A DNA stretch of 64,000 nucleotides from an uncultured Gammaproteobacteria bacterium. GTDB taxonomy: Bacteria; Patescibacteriota; Patescibacteriia; Magasanikbacterales; UBA922. Location of the stretch: contig CAZFKS010000004.1 of the NCBI GenBank assembly GCA_964519725.1, forward strand, positions 11,848 to 75,847, given 5' to 3'. The number at the start of each line of letters is the position of its first letter. Position 1 is the first letter of the stretch. Under the pieces are notes generated by a model. It ran no database searches, was not told the DNA's origin, and was given only the letters and a program-made list of their open reading frames with translations. The position numbers were made by a program, and so were the translations under genes. Below are positions 48,062 to 55,366 of this stretch, in pieces.

Positions 48062-49435
48062 ATGCCAGTTAAATCCATGGATGATATTTTGTCCCTGTGC
48101 AAGCGCCGCGGTTTTATTTTCCCAGGTTCAGAAATTTATGGCGGTTTGGCCAATAGTTGGGACTATGGTCCATTGGGACATCTCCTCAAACAAAACATCA
48201 AGGCTGCTTGGTGGAAATTTTTTGTCCAAGAGCGCGCTGATATGGTGCCAATGGATACGGCCATTATCATGAACCCAAAAGTGTGGGAAGCGTCTGGCCA
48301 TTTGCAAAATTTTAGTGACCCACTGGTTGAATGTAAATCTTGTCACCACCGGTTCCGGACTGACCATTTGCTCGAGGCCAGGCAAGCTGAGCCGGGATAT
48401 GATAAAGAAAAACCAGTCACCATTGAAGAAATTCCGTGTCCAAATTGTGGTGGAAAATTTGCCGCTTCAAAAAATTTCAATCTGATGTTCAAGACCTTTA
48501 TTGGTCCGGCTGAAGACAATGCGTCAGTGGCGTATTTGCGTCCAGAAACTGCCGGTGGGATGTTTGTGAACTTTAAAAATGTGTGGCAATCAACCCGTCG
48601 TCGGTTGCCATTTGGGATTGCGCAAATTGGTAAAAATTTCCGCAATGAAATTACACCAGGTAACTTTATTTTCCGCACCCGTGAATTTGAAATTGGTGAA
48701 TTTGAATATTTTATTAACCCAAAAGATTGGGAGGCGATTTTTGAAAATTGGCTCGTGGAAATTAAACGCTGGTGGAAAGATATCATGCAAATTAACATGG
48801 ATAATTTGGTGTGGCATGAAATTGAGGATGGCGAACGCGCGCACTACAGTAAACGCACTATGGATATTGAGTATAAATATCCATTTGGGGTTAAGGAACT
48901 CCACGGCATTGCGTACCGCACTGATTTTGATTTGTCTCGCCACCAAACCGTGAGTGGCGAAGATTTGCAGTACACTGACCCGATTACCAATGAAAAATTT
49001 TTGCCACACGTGATTGAGCCGACCTTTGGGATTGACCGCATGTTACTTGTATCTCTACTTGAAGCCTACACAGTAGAAGAAGCGCCAACCAGTGAAGAAG
49101 GGGAAAACGAACCACGTCTGGTGATGAAATTTCCAAAGCATTTAGCCCCAATAAAAGTGGCCGTGTTACCACTGTCTAAAAAACCAGAACTTTCTGGTCC
49201 AGCGCAAGAGCTGGCGAGTACACTGCGTAAACACTGGATGGTGGAATATGATGAAACGCAAAGTATTGGTAAACGCTACCGCCGCCAAGATGAAATCGGT
49301 ACGCCATTCTGCGTGACCATGGACTTTGACTCACTAGAAGATAAAAAAGTCACGGTTCGTGACCGTGACACTATGGCCCAAGAACGCGTTGCGATTGCTG
49401 ACTTGGTAAATTATCTAACCACCAAACTCGCTTAA
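48062..49435 (+). CDS. glyQS: glycine--tRNA ligase (dimeric GlyQS type)
   Basis: Class II aaRS with an archaeal/Firmicute-type GlyRS N-terminus MPVKSMDDILSLCKRRGFIFPGSEIYGG. Confidence 0.9.
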   Translation: MPVKSMDDILSLCKRRGFIFPGSEIYGGLANSWDYGPLGHLLKQNIKAAWWKFFVQERADMVPMDTAIIMNPKVWEASGHLQNFSDPLVECKSCHHRFRTDHLLEARQAEPGYDKEKPVTIEEIPCPNCGGKFAASKNFNLMFKTFIGPAEDNASVAYLRPETAGGMFVNFKNVWQSTRRRLPFGIAQIGKNFRNEITPGNFIFRTREFEIGEFEYFINPKDWEAIFENWLVEIKRWWKDIMQINMDNLVWHEIEDGERAHYSKRTMDIEYKYPFGVKELHGIAYRTDFDLSRHQTVSGEDLQYTDPITNEKFLPHVIEPTFGIDRMLLVSLLEAYTVEEAPTSEEGENEPRLVMKFPKHLAPIKVAVLPLSKKPELSGPAQELASTLRKHWMVEYDETQSIGKRYRRQDEIGTPFCVTMDFDSLEDKKVTVRDRDTMAQERVAIADLVNYLTTKLA

Positions 49436-49436
49436 T

Positions 49437-50696
49437 ATGTTTGAACATTACACTTTAAAAAATAAAGCTAAAGTGTACTTGATTCCACTCTCTGGTACTA
49501 AATCAGTGACTGGTCGGATTATGTTTCCGGTTGGTTCACGATACGAAAGTCCAAAACTAAATGGTGCCTCGCATTTTATTGAGCACCTCATGTTTAAAGG
49601 AACAACTAAACGCAAAAATACGTTGGTTTTAACGCGTGAAATTGATCGCCTTGGCGCTGAGTACAATGCGTTTACTGACAAAGAATCAACTGGGTATTAT
49701 GTGCAAGCTGATGCGGCGAACACAGAGGTGATTGTGGATATTTTGTCAGACATGCTTTACAACTCACTATTTGATCCCAAAGAAATGGAACGCGAAAAAG
49801 GCGTGGTGTGTGAAGAATTAAAAATGTACCGCGATAACCCAGTCATGAATATTGATTCAATTTTTGAAGAATTAATGTTTAAAGGCTCGCCATTGGGTTG
49901 GGATATTGGTGGGACACCAGACTTAGTAAAATCATATAATCGTAGCGAAGTGTTGGCTTTCCGCGATAAATATTATGATCCAAGTGCCATGATCATTGTG
50001 TTTGCTGGCTTGATCACCCCTGAACTGAAAGGTTTGATTGCCAAATATTTTGGTGCTAAACCAAGTAAAGTTAAAGTCTCAGCCACGTACAAACCCGGTG
50101 TGTTTGGTAGTAATAAAAAAACTGATCGCATTCGGGTTGATCATAAAAAAACTGACCAAGCGCAAATGATGCTCGGTTGGCCAAGCTTTAATCGCGATTC
50201 CAAAGACACTAATGTCATGCGCGTTTTGAACACCATTTTAGGCGGGTCAATGAGTTCCCGTTTATTCATTCAAGTGCGTGAACGTCAAGGCCTCGCGTAT
50301 GTGATTGGGAGTGGTAACTCTTCATTCCGTGACACTGGTTATGCCTATGTTCAAGCCGGACTAGAACCAAAAAATATTAACAAAGCAATTGCTTGTATTC
50401 AAGCTGAAATTAATAAAATTATTAAAAAAGGGGTAACGGCGCGTGAATTAGCTGACGCTAAAACTCATTACCGTGGCAGTTTGGCCTTGGCCATGGAAGA
50501 CTCTAGTGTACAAGCCTCTTGGTATGCTAATCACGCTCTATATCATGGCACAATTAAAACTCCAGACGAACGGGTGAAAGAAATTGAAGCCGTAACAGCC
50601 AAGCAAGTTCAGGATTTAGCAAAAAAAATATTTAAGCCACAGGAAATGCGGGTCGCGATCATTGGTGATGTTGATCCAAAATCTGTGAAGTTTTAA
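49437..50696 (+). CDS. M16 family zinc peptidase (insulinase-like)
   Basis: Inverted zinc motif HFIEHLMF (HxxEH). Confidence 0.8.
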   Translation: MFEHYTLKNKAKVYLIPLSGTKSVTGRIMFPVGSRYESPKLNGASHFIEHLMFKGTTKRKNTLVLTREIDRLGAEYNAFTDKESTGYYVQADAANTEVIVDILSDMLYNSLFDPKEMEREKGVVCEELKMYRDNPVMNIDSIFEELMFKGSPLGWDIGGTPDLVKSYNRSEVLAFRDKYYDPSAMIIVFAGLITPELKGLIAKYFGAKPSKVKVSATYKPGVFGSNKKTDRIRVDHKKTDQAQMMLGWPSFNRDSKDTNVMRVLNTILGGSMSSRLFIQVRERQGLAYVIGSGNSSFRDTGYAYVQAGLEPKNINKAIACIQAEINKIIKKGVTARELADAKTHYRGSLALAMEDSSVQASWYANHALYHGTIKTPDERVKEIEAVTAKQVQDLAKKIFKPQEMRVAIIGDVDPKSVKF

Positions 50697-50697
50697 T

Positions 50698-51438
50698 TTG
50701 CGTATGAAATATTTTGTCGCTAACTGGAAAATGTACGCTGGGCCCAAGCAAAGTCTTGAGCTGGCTAAAACGTACAAAGACGTATTTGTCCCAACCGGAG
50801 TTAAACCAATTGTGGCCCCAACTGCCTTGGCTCTGGGCAGTGTGGCTGAAACCCTGCGTGGTTCCGCGTGGGAAGTGGCCTCACAAAATGCGGCTTGGGC
50901 AGTAGAAGGGGCATATACAGGCGCAATTTCTGCCCAAATGTACGCTGAGGCCGGTGCCAAGTACGCACTTCTGGGCCACTCTGAGCGTCGGTATATTTTT
51001 GGTGAAACTGACACTGACATTCAGAAAAAAGTGGCGGCCACAGTCGCGGCGGGGATTGTGCCAATTGTGTGTATTGGCGAGACGGCTGATGATTTGGTAG
51101 AAAATAAACGCCAGTACCGATTGAAAAAACAATTGCAAATTTTGCAAAATTTGGATAGCTCTGTGGATATTATTATTGCGTACGAACCAGTGTGGGCCAT
51201 TGGTGGTAGTGGCCAAGGGCGCCGTTGCTTACCGGCTGATGTGGTAGATATTCATGGTTTTATCCGCACTGAACTGGCCACCTATGGTTTTGTGGATGCA
51301 CCAATTATTTATGGTGGTTCAGTAACTGGGGATAATGCGCAGGAGTACGCGCACTTACCAGAAGTGCACGGTTTAATTGTGGCCACTGCCTCGGTTCATT
51401 TGCCAGAAGTGAAAAATATTATTACCGCGCTTGCTTAA
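50698..51438 (+). CDS. tpiA: triosephosphate isomerase
   Basis: FVANWKM, ALLGHSERR and GGS motifs. Confidence 0.9.
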   Translation: MRMKYFVANWKMYAGPKQSLELAKTYKDVFVPTGVKPIVAPTALALGSVAETLRGSAWEVASQNAAWAVEGAYTGAISAQMYAEAGAKYALLGHSERRYIFGETDTDIQKKVAATVAAGIVPIVCIGETADDLVENKRQYRLKKQLQILQNLDSSVDIIIAYEPVWAIGGSGQGRRCLPADVVDIHGFIRTELATYGFVDAPIIYGGSVTGDNAQEYAHLPEVHGLIVATASVHLPEVKNIITALA

Positions 51439-52348
51439 TATGAGTTGGTTTTTTGCCATCATGGGACTACTCGCCATTATCTCTGGCGGACTTTTGGTGT
51501 GGTTTTTTGTAAAATCCTGGCCAAAATTAACTCTCCTCGATGCGCACAAATTACCAGAAGTAAAAGAATCGTCAAAGAAAAATGAAATTTTGCGTCGCCG
51601 GGTAGCTGAGGCTGAAGCGGGCAAAGAACCAGAACTAAGTATTTTTTCCGTGTGGCTGATTGATTTTTGGAAACGAATACAAACTAAATTTCGTACACAC
51701 GTTGATACTTTGGAGCGGATTTTACTAGAGGAAAAACATACCGTTGCCTTTGAGCCTCTGACTGACCAGGAAATTGGGGCGCGTAACCAAAAAATTAAAA
51801 CCTTGCTCCGTGAAGCAGACAAAGCTGTGGCTGATAATGCACTTGATGCGGCTGAGAAAAAATATATTAGTGTGCTAAGTCTTGATGATCATAATGCGCA
51901 CGCGTACGTGGGTTTGGGTAATGTATATTTTGCGGAAGAACAATTTAATGAAGCGCGCGAAACCTACCGCTATGCACTGAAATTAGACAAGAAAAATGAA
52001 CATGCGCTCCTGCGCCTCGCCGAAATTGCTGAACGTAACAATAAATTAGAAGACGCGGTTGATTATTATGAACAAGCGGTGATTTTAAACGACAGTTTGT
52101 CACCTCGGTTTTTGAAAATTTACGATTTGCTCACTCAATTAAACCAGCCCGAAACCGCATTGACCGCCATTGAACAGGCTTTGGCCCTGGAGCCCCAAAA
52201 TCCAAAATACCTTGACAATTTCATCACAGCGAGTATACTGGTGGGGGATAAAAATCGGGCAGAAGACGGGTACCAGCGGCTCCGCATGGTCAACCCAGAC
52301 AACCAAAAACTGCCGGCTTTTCGTGAGCGCATCGATTCTTTAGCCTAA
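51431..52348 (+). CDS. TPR-repeat protein with N-terminal TM anchor
   Basis: N-terminal TM segment and multiple 34-residue TPR-like repeats. Confidence 0.6.
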   Translation: MLNMSWFFAIMGLLAIISGGLLVWFFVKSWPKLTLLDAHKLPEVKESSKKNEILRRRVAEAEAGKEPELSIFSVWLIDFWKRIQTKFRTHVDTLERILLEEKHTVAFEPLTDQEIGARNQKIKTLLREADKAVADNALDAAEKKYISVLSLDDHNAHAYVGLGNVYFAEEQFNEARETYRYALKLDKKNEHALLRLAEIAERNNKLEDAVDYYEQAVILNDSLSPRFLKIYDLLTQLNQPETALTAIEQALALEPQNPKYLDNFITASILVGDKNRAEDGYQRLRMVNPDNQKLPAFRERIDSLA

Positions 52349-52349
52349 T

Positions 52350-52422
52350 GCCGCCTTAGCTCAGCTGGTAGAGCAACAGTTTTGTAAACTGTGGGTCGTC
52401 GGTTCAATCCCGTCAGGCGGCT
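52350..52422 (+). tRNA. tRNA-Thr (anticodon TGT)
   Basis: Hand-folded. Acceptor GCCGCCT/AGGCGGC, anticodon stem ACAGT/ACTGT, loop TTTGTAA, T-loop TTCAATC. One U-U mismatch in the T-stem. No CCA. Confidence 0.7.
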
Positions 52423-52453
52423 CAAGAGCCCATTAGGGCTTTTACAATTTAAT

Positions 52454-52537
52454 GGGCGGGTTCCAGAGCGGTCAAATGGAGCAGACTGTAAATCTGTTGG
52501 CCTTGCGCCTTCGCAGGTTCGAATCCTGCCCCGCCCA
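52454..52537 (+). tRNA. tRNA-Tyr (anticodon GTA), long variable arm
   Basis: Closely resembles the bacterial type II tRNA-Tyr. Acceptor GGGCGGG/CCCGCCC, anticodon loop CTGTAAA, T-loop TTCGAAT. Confidence 0.8.
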
Positions 52538-52608
52538 CAGAAAATCCTCTAACCGAGGGTTTTTTATTTGCTTGGGCGCGTGTTATGATTACACTATAAC
52601 TAAAAAAT

Positions 52609-53058
52609 ATGAAAGCACCTAAATTTTCTTTGGCTGATCAAAACGGGGAAATGCATACTTTAGAGCAGTATGCCGGACAATTTGTTTTATTATATTTTTA
52701 CCCAAAAGACGATACACCAGGTTGTACCATTGAAGCCTGCTCATTTCGCGATAATTTGGCTGAACTCAAAAAACTGGGTGTGGTAGTTTTGGGGGTAAGT
52801 GGTGATGATGTAAAATCCCACGGAAAATTTGTGAAAAAATTTGATCTTAATTTTCCACTCCTCGCCGATACTGATAATGAGGTGGGGAAGGCCTATGGTG
52901 TGTTTGGGGAAAAATCCATGTTTGGTAATTTGTTTATGGGCTATCACCGCGAATCTTTTTTGATTGGACCTAACGGAGAGATTCTTAAACATTATGCAAA
53001 AGTTAAGCCTGAAGAACATGTGGCTGAAATTATGATTGACGTGAAAGCCTATGCCTGA
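52609..53058 (+). CDS. bcp: thiol peroxidase Bcp (peroxiredoxin)
   Basis: Peroxidatic Cys motif DDTPGCTIEAC. Confidence 0.85.
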   Translation: MKAPKFSLADQNGEMHTLEQYAGQFVLLYFYPKDDTPGCTIEACSFRDNLAELKKLGVVVLGVSGDDVKSHGKFVKKFDLNFPLLADTDNEVGKAYGVFGEKSMFGNLFMGYHRESFLIGPNGEILKHYAKVKPEEHVAEIMIDVKAYA

Positions 53059-53920
53059 ACTACCAGAAGTAGAAACAGTACGCCGTGATTTAGAGCAGGT
53101 AATTATTAAAGTTCCCATTGTTCAGGTCGAAGTTTTGCATGTCAAAACGATTCGGCCACTAAACGCCATTCAGTTGCAACAGAAATTAGTGGGCCGAAAA
53201 GTACTGGCTATTAAGCGAATTGGTAAATTATTAATTTTAGAATTGGACGAGCCAGAGTCAGTACTGTTGGTGCATTTAAAAATGACTGGGCAAATGATTT
53301 ATCAAGCCGGAAAAAAGATTTTGGCGGGCGGACATTCACTGTCAAAACCACTGGAAAATTTGCCAAATAAACATACACGGCTGGTGGTGACGTTTAAAGA
53401 CGGTGCCAAATTATTTTTCAATGACCTGCGCTTATTTGGGTACTGGAAATTTGTGTTACCAAAAGAATTAGCAAAAATAAAAAATGGTTATGGAATTGAA
53501 CCGCTCACGGAAAATTTCACGTGGGAAAATTTTGTGGCCGCGCTTGGTAAGCGGACAACCAATATTAAAGCGCTTCTTTTAAACCAACAAGTAATTTCGG
53601 GAATGGGAAATATTTATGTTGATGAAGCTTTGTGGCGCGCCAAAATCCATCCGGCCCGGTCAGTGAAAAGATTGACCACCGCGGAAAAGAAAAAGTTGTT
53701 TACAGCCTGCACTGAAGTTATTGAATTGGGTGTAAAGCACCGGGGTACGACTTTTAACCACTTTGTGGACGGGCATGGCCAACAGGGCGGTTTTCTGCAG
53801 TTTTTGCAGGTCTATGGTCGGGCTGGCCAGCCGTGCACGCGCTGCGCCAAACCTATCCAAAAGATCCGTCTGGCTGGGCGGGGGACGCACCTGTGCCCAC
53901 AGTGCCAAAAAAAGCCCTAA
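53051..53920 (+). CDS. mutM: formamidopyrimidine-DNA glycosylase
   Basis: N-terminal MPELPEVE catalytic Pro2/Glu3, H2TH, and a C-terminal zinc finger CxxC...CxxC. Confidence 0.9.
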   Translation: MPELPEVETVRRDLEQVIIKVPIVQVEVLHVKTIRPLNAIQLQQKLVGRKVLAIKRIGKLLILELDEPESVLLVHLKMTGQMIYQAGKKILAGGHSLSKPLENLPNKHTRLVVTFKDGAKLFFNDLRLFGYWKFVLPKELAKIKNGYGIEPLTENFTWENFVAALGKRTTNIKALLLNQQVISGMGNIYVDEALWRAKIHPARSVKRLTTAEKKKLFTACTEVIELGVKHRGTTFNHFVDGHGQQGGFLQFLQVYGRAGQPCTRCAKPIQKIRLAGRGTHLCPQCQKKP

Positions 53921-53939
53921 TTTGGCCCTAATCCAGCTG

Positions 53940-53968
53940 TTGACTTATTTCTTAGAATTTTCTATAAT
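53940..53968 (+). promoter_or_regulatory. consensus sigma70 promoter (TTGACT, 17-nt spacer, TATAAT) for the tRNA-Val/tRNA-Thr pair
   Basis: -35 at 53940-53945 and -10 at 53963-53968. Confidence 0.55.
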
Positions 53969-53982
53969 ACTGACACTTTAAA

Positions 53983-54056
53983 GCGCGCCTAGCTCAGTTG
54001 GTTAGAGCATCTCGTTTACACCGAGAGGGTCGGGGGTTCGAATCCCTCGGCGCGCA
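53983..54056 (+). tRNA. tRNA-Val (anticodon TAC)
   Basis: Hand-folded. Acceptor GCGCGCC/GGCGCGC, anticodon loop TTTACAC, T-loop TTCGAAT. No CCA. Confidence 0.75.
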
Positions 54057-54066
54057 CCCTTTTTAT

Positions 54067-54139
54067 GCTGCTGTAGCTCAGTTGGTAGAGCGCGTCCATG
54101 GTAAGGACGAGGTCACCAGTTCAATCCTGGTCAGTAGCT
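54067..54139 (+). tRNA. tRNA-Thr (anticodon GGT), the integration target of the downstream islet
   Basis: Hand-folded. Acceptor GCTGCTG/CAGTAGC with one G-U pair, anticodon stem CGTCC/GGACG, loop ATGGTAA, T-loop TTCAATC. Confidence 0.75.
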
Positions 54140-54144
54140 CTAGT
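54106..54144 (+). repeat. attL-like 39-bp direct repeat (3' half of tRNA-Thr(GGT) plus 5 nt)
   Basis: gacgaggtcaccagttcaatcctggtcagtagctctagt is identical to 54927..54965. Confidence 0.85.
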
Positions 54145-54217
54145 TGGCGCCCGAGAGGGTGTTTTTTATTTTAATAAAAAACCAGAGAGTAAGTTTTGGT
54201 TGTTTTGTGAAATATCC

Positions 54218-54246
54218 TTGACAAAGATCCATTTTTGCTTTAGAAT
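54218..54246 (+). promoter_or_regulatory. consensus sigma70 promoter (TTGACA, 17-nt spacer, TAGAAT)
   Basis: -35 at 54218-54223 and -10 at 54241-54246. An AGGAGG RBS at 54343-54348 sits 8 nt before GTG 54357. Confidence 0.5.
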
Positions 54247-54356
54247 CCATTGTTAATTTGTCTATGGTAACAGGTAGGTCTCTGGCCTTTCTATTACCCT
54301 CGGCAATCATAAGTCTGCGCCTTGGGGGCTGAAAAGCTGCAGCAGGAGGAACTCCC

Positions 54357-54686
54357 GTGATCAACTGTCTGGTGACTTCCAAGGTTTCGCTGACCGATGA
54401 CATGCGGTACACCCTGTACCGCACCGCGTTCGAGATGTACATGAACAAGGTCGCGGAGCGCAAGGTGCGCACGCCGGGCTTCAGGGCCACGATCAAGACG
54501 GATGGCGAGCATGGGGTCATGGGTACGATCGCCGGTATCGTGTTCTCGGCCACGGTCGACACCGACCGCGGCGAAGGACTCGTGACCTACATCGTCCGGG
54601 GGCGCGATCTGTGCCAGCCCGAAGACGGTGTCTGGATCCCACTGCCCCGCGACTTCGCGCCCGTCGCCGACTACAACGTGCAGTGA
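54357..54686 (+). CDS. hypothetical protein (109 aa), high-GC, cargo of the tRNA-Thr islet
   Basis: GTG start with a perfect SD. About 65% GC. No recognisable family (MINCLVTSKVSLTDDMRYTLYRTAFEMYMNKVAERK...). Confidence 0.5.
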   Translation: MINCLVTSKVSLTDDMRYTLYRTAFEMYMNKVAERKVRTPGFRATIKTDGEHGVMGTIAGIVFSATVDTDRGEGLVTYIVRGRDLCQPEDGVWIPLPRDFAPVADYNVQ

Positions 54687-54772
54687 CCCCTCGAGGGACG
54701 GGGTCACCTCTTCCAGTGTGTCACCGCAAGGCACTGGTGGGAGTCCAAGGTTGTTCAACTTGCGGTCCCATC

Positions 54773-54800
54773 AAAAACAGCTTTGCCAAAGGCTGTTTTT
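54773..54800 (+). terminator. intrinsic terminator of the islet gene
   Basis: aaaacagctttgccaaaggctgttttt. It has the same A-tract/acagc...gctgt/T-tract style as the terminators at 32560 and 33093. Confidence 0.55.
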
Positions 54801-54926
54801 GTTTTAATAAAGTGAAATTTACTCATTTCCATATAGATGGAAATAGAGAATAAACCAAGTTTTATTAAAAACAAGGTTGTTGCAGGTTCTGCCATTCAGG
54901 GTTTTTAACTGAGTAAAAAGTAGAAA

Positions 54927-54965
54927 GACGAGGTCACCAGTTCAATCCTGGTCAGTAGCTCTAGT
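54927..54965 (+). repeat. attR-like 39-bp direct repeat (partial tRNA-Thr 3' end)
   Basis: Identical to 54106..54144. It is followed by the hairpin aaaccgcc-atct-ggtggttt + T7, the likely original tRNA terminator. Confidence 0.85.
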
Positions 54966-55017
54966 AAACCGCCATCTGGTGGTTTTTTTGTTTATATAAA
55001 ATTTTAACTTATCCACC

Positions 55018-55046
55018 GAAAGTATTTTGACACCAATACCCTAGGG
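55018..55046 (+). promoter_or_regulatory. sigma70 promoter (TTGACA, 17-nt spacer, TATACT) with embedded CsoR-type operator palindrome ATACCCTAGGGGGGTAT (55027-55043)
   Basis: The GC-rich inverted repeat between -35 and -10 matches the general form of CsoR operators (TACCC...GGGTA). It sits upstream of the csoR-copA-copZ operon. Confidence 0.55.
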
Positions 55047-55074
55047 GGGTATACTCGGAATATAACAAATTTTT

Positions 55075-55350
55075 ATGAATCACGAAGTACATAAAAAACT
55101 GGCCAAGCGGCTTAAAATTATTGAAGGGCAAATTCGCGGTGTGCAAAAGATGACTGAGAGCCACGAATATTGTGTGGATATTATTGTGCAAGTTATGGCC
55201 ATTAAACAGGCCCTGACTAGTTTTGAAGAAACATTGCTGGAAAGTCATTTAAGTACCCATGTGGTAGAGCAAATGAAATCAGGGCAGCACAAGAAGGCAA
55301 TTGATGAAGTCATGAAAATTTATAAATTATCCAATAAAGGTAAGCGTTAA
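55075..55350 (+). CDS. csoR: copper-sensing transcriptional repressor CsoR (CsoR/RcnR, DUF156 family)
   Basis: Four-helix-bundle metal sensor with conserved Cys-His-Cys ligands (C at CVDI, H at HLSTH region). Confidence 0.7.
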   Translation: MNHEVHKKLAKRLKIIEGQIRGVQKMTESHEYCVDIIVQVMAIKQALTSFEETLLESHLSTHVVEQMKSGQHKKAIDEVMKIYKLSNKGKR

Positions 55351-55366
55351 TTTTAGTGTCATCCAT

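Larger units (their letters stand above)
54145..54926 (+). mobile_element. approximately 0.8 kb integrated islet in tRNA-Thr(GGT), with no integrase, carrying one high-GC gene with its own promoter and terminator
   Basis: Bounded by perfect 39-bp direct repeats of the tRNA 3' end. It contains consensus promoter 54218-54246, the high-GC ORF, hairpins and an AT-rich tail. The original tRNA terminator hairpin follows the distal repeat. Confidence 0.55.

Noticed and set aside
48033-48272. 79-aa ORF overlapping the glyQS start
   Set aside because: It overlaps the well-supported GlyRS N-terminus and the T-box terminator and has no independent signals.
54145-54926. An integrase or recombinase gene inside the tRNA-Thr islet
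   Set aside because: The islet is only about 0.8 kb and its single ORF (109 aa) has no recombinase motifs. The attL/attR-like repeats are therefore reported without claiming an autonomous mobile element.
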